In this document: in pieces, positions 63,865 to 64,000 of the stretch | Position numbering within the stretch: the stretch's first letter is position 1 | How the letters are laid out: each line of letters opens with the position of its first letter | Origin: Phoronis australis | Taxonomy: Eukaryota > Animalia > Phoronida | Length of the DNA: 64,000 nt | Direction of reading: 5' to 3' | Assembly (NCBI GenBank): GCA_002633005.1 | Contig: NMRA01000143.1 | Coordinates: 129,402-193,401, forward strand | Notes under the pieces: generated by a model | The model's input: only the letters and a program-made list of their open reading frames with translations | Told to the model about the DNA's origin: nothing | Databases searched by the model: none | Made by a program: the position numbers and the translations under genes

Positions 63865-64000
63865 GGTAAAGTTAGTTTACGCAATTTATTTTTTGTACGT
63901 ATATATTTTATGCAGTGTACATGTTAGTACCAGTGGTTATTTTATCGAGATTTGTGATATGCAAAGTATTTAAACAAGGGCAACGTTCATAAGATGGAGA

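Overview
Eukaryotic (invertebrate, probably lophotrochozoan; the taxon is an inference) genomic DNA with GT-AG spliced genes; not prokaryotic. I reconstructed five protein-coding genes by hand from splice sites and reading frames. (1) 3' part of an MFSD4/NaGLT1-like MFS transporter (+, 1584-3300). (2) A complete ADAMTSL5-like secreted protein (-, 11 coding exons, 4575-16914, 753 aa: signal peptide-TSP1-Cys-rich-spacer-long Thr/Ser linker-NTR). (3) DNA polymerase kappa (+, 10 coding exons, 28486-38284, ~776 aa). (4) A single-coding-exon FoxB (+, 52728-53690). (5) The last two exons of DNAAF4/DYX1C1 (-, 60138-62073). Introns and intergenic DNA carry many non-autonomous DNA transposons, including three TIR families with 5-bp target-site duplications, an 8-bp-TSD hAT MITE and TTAA-type elements. 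There are also two long fold-back palindromes, a dispersed SINE-like repeat and several minisatellites. No CRISPR array, rRNA or intact tRNA was found. The most unusual signals are the fold-back elements, the 5-bp-TSD MITEs with interchangeable interiors, a Cys-bracketed insertion in the Pol kappa catalytic core, and a candidate bidirectional promoter linking POLK to a multi-exon ADAMTSL 5' leader.
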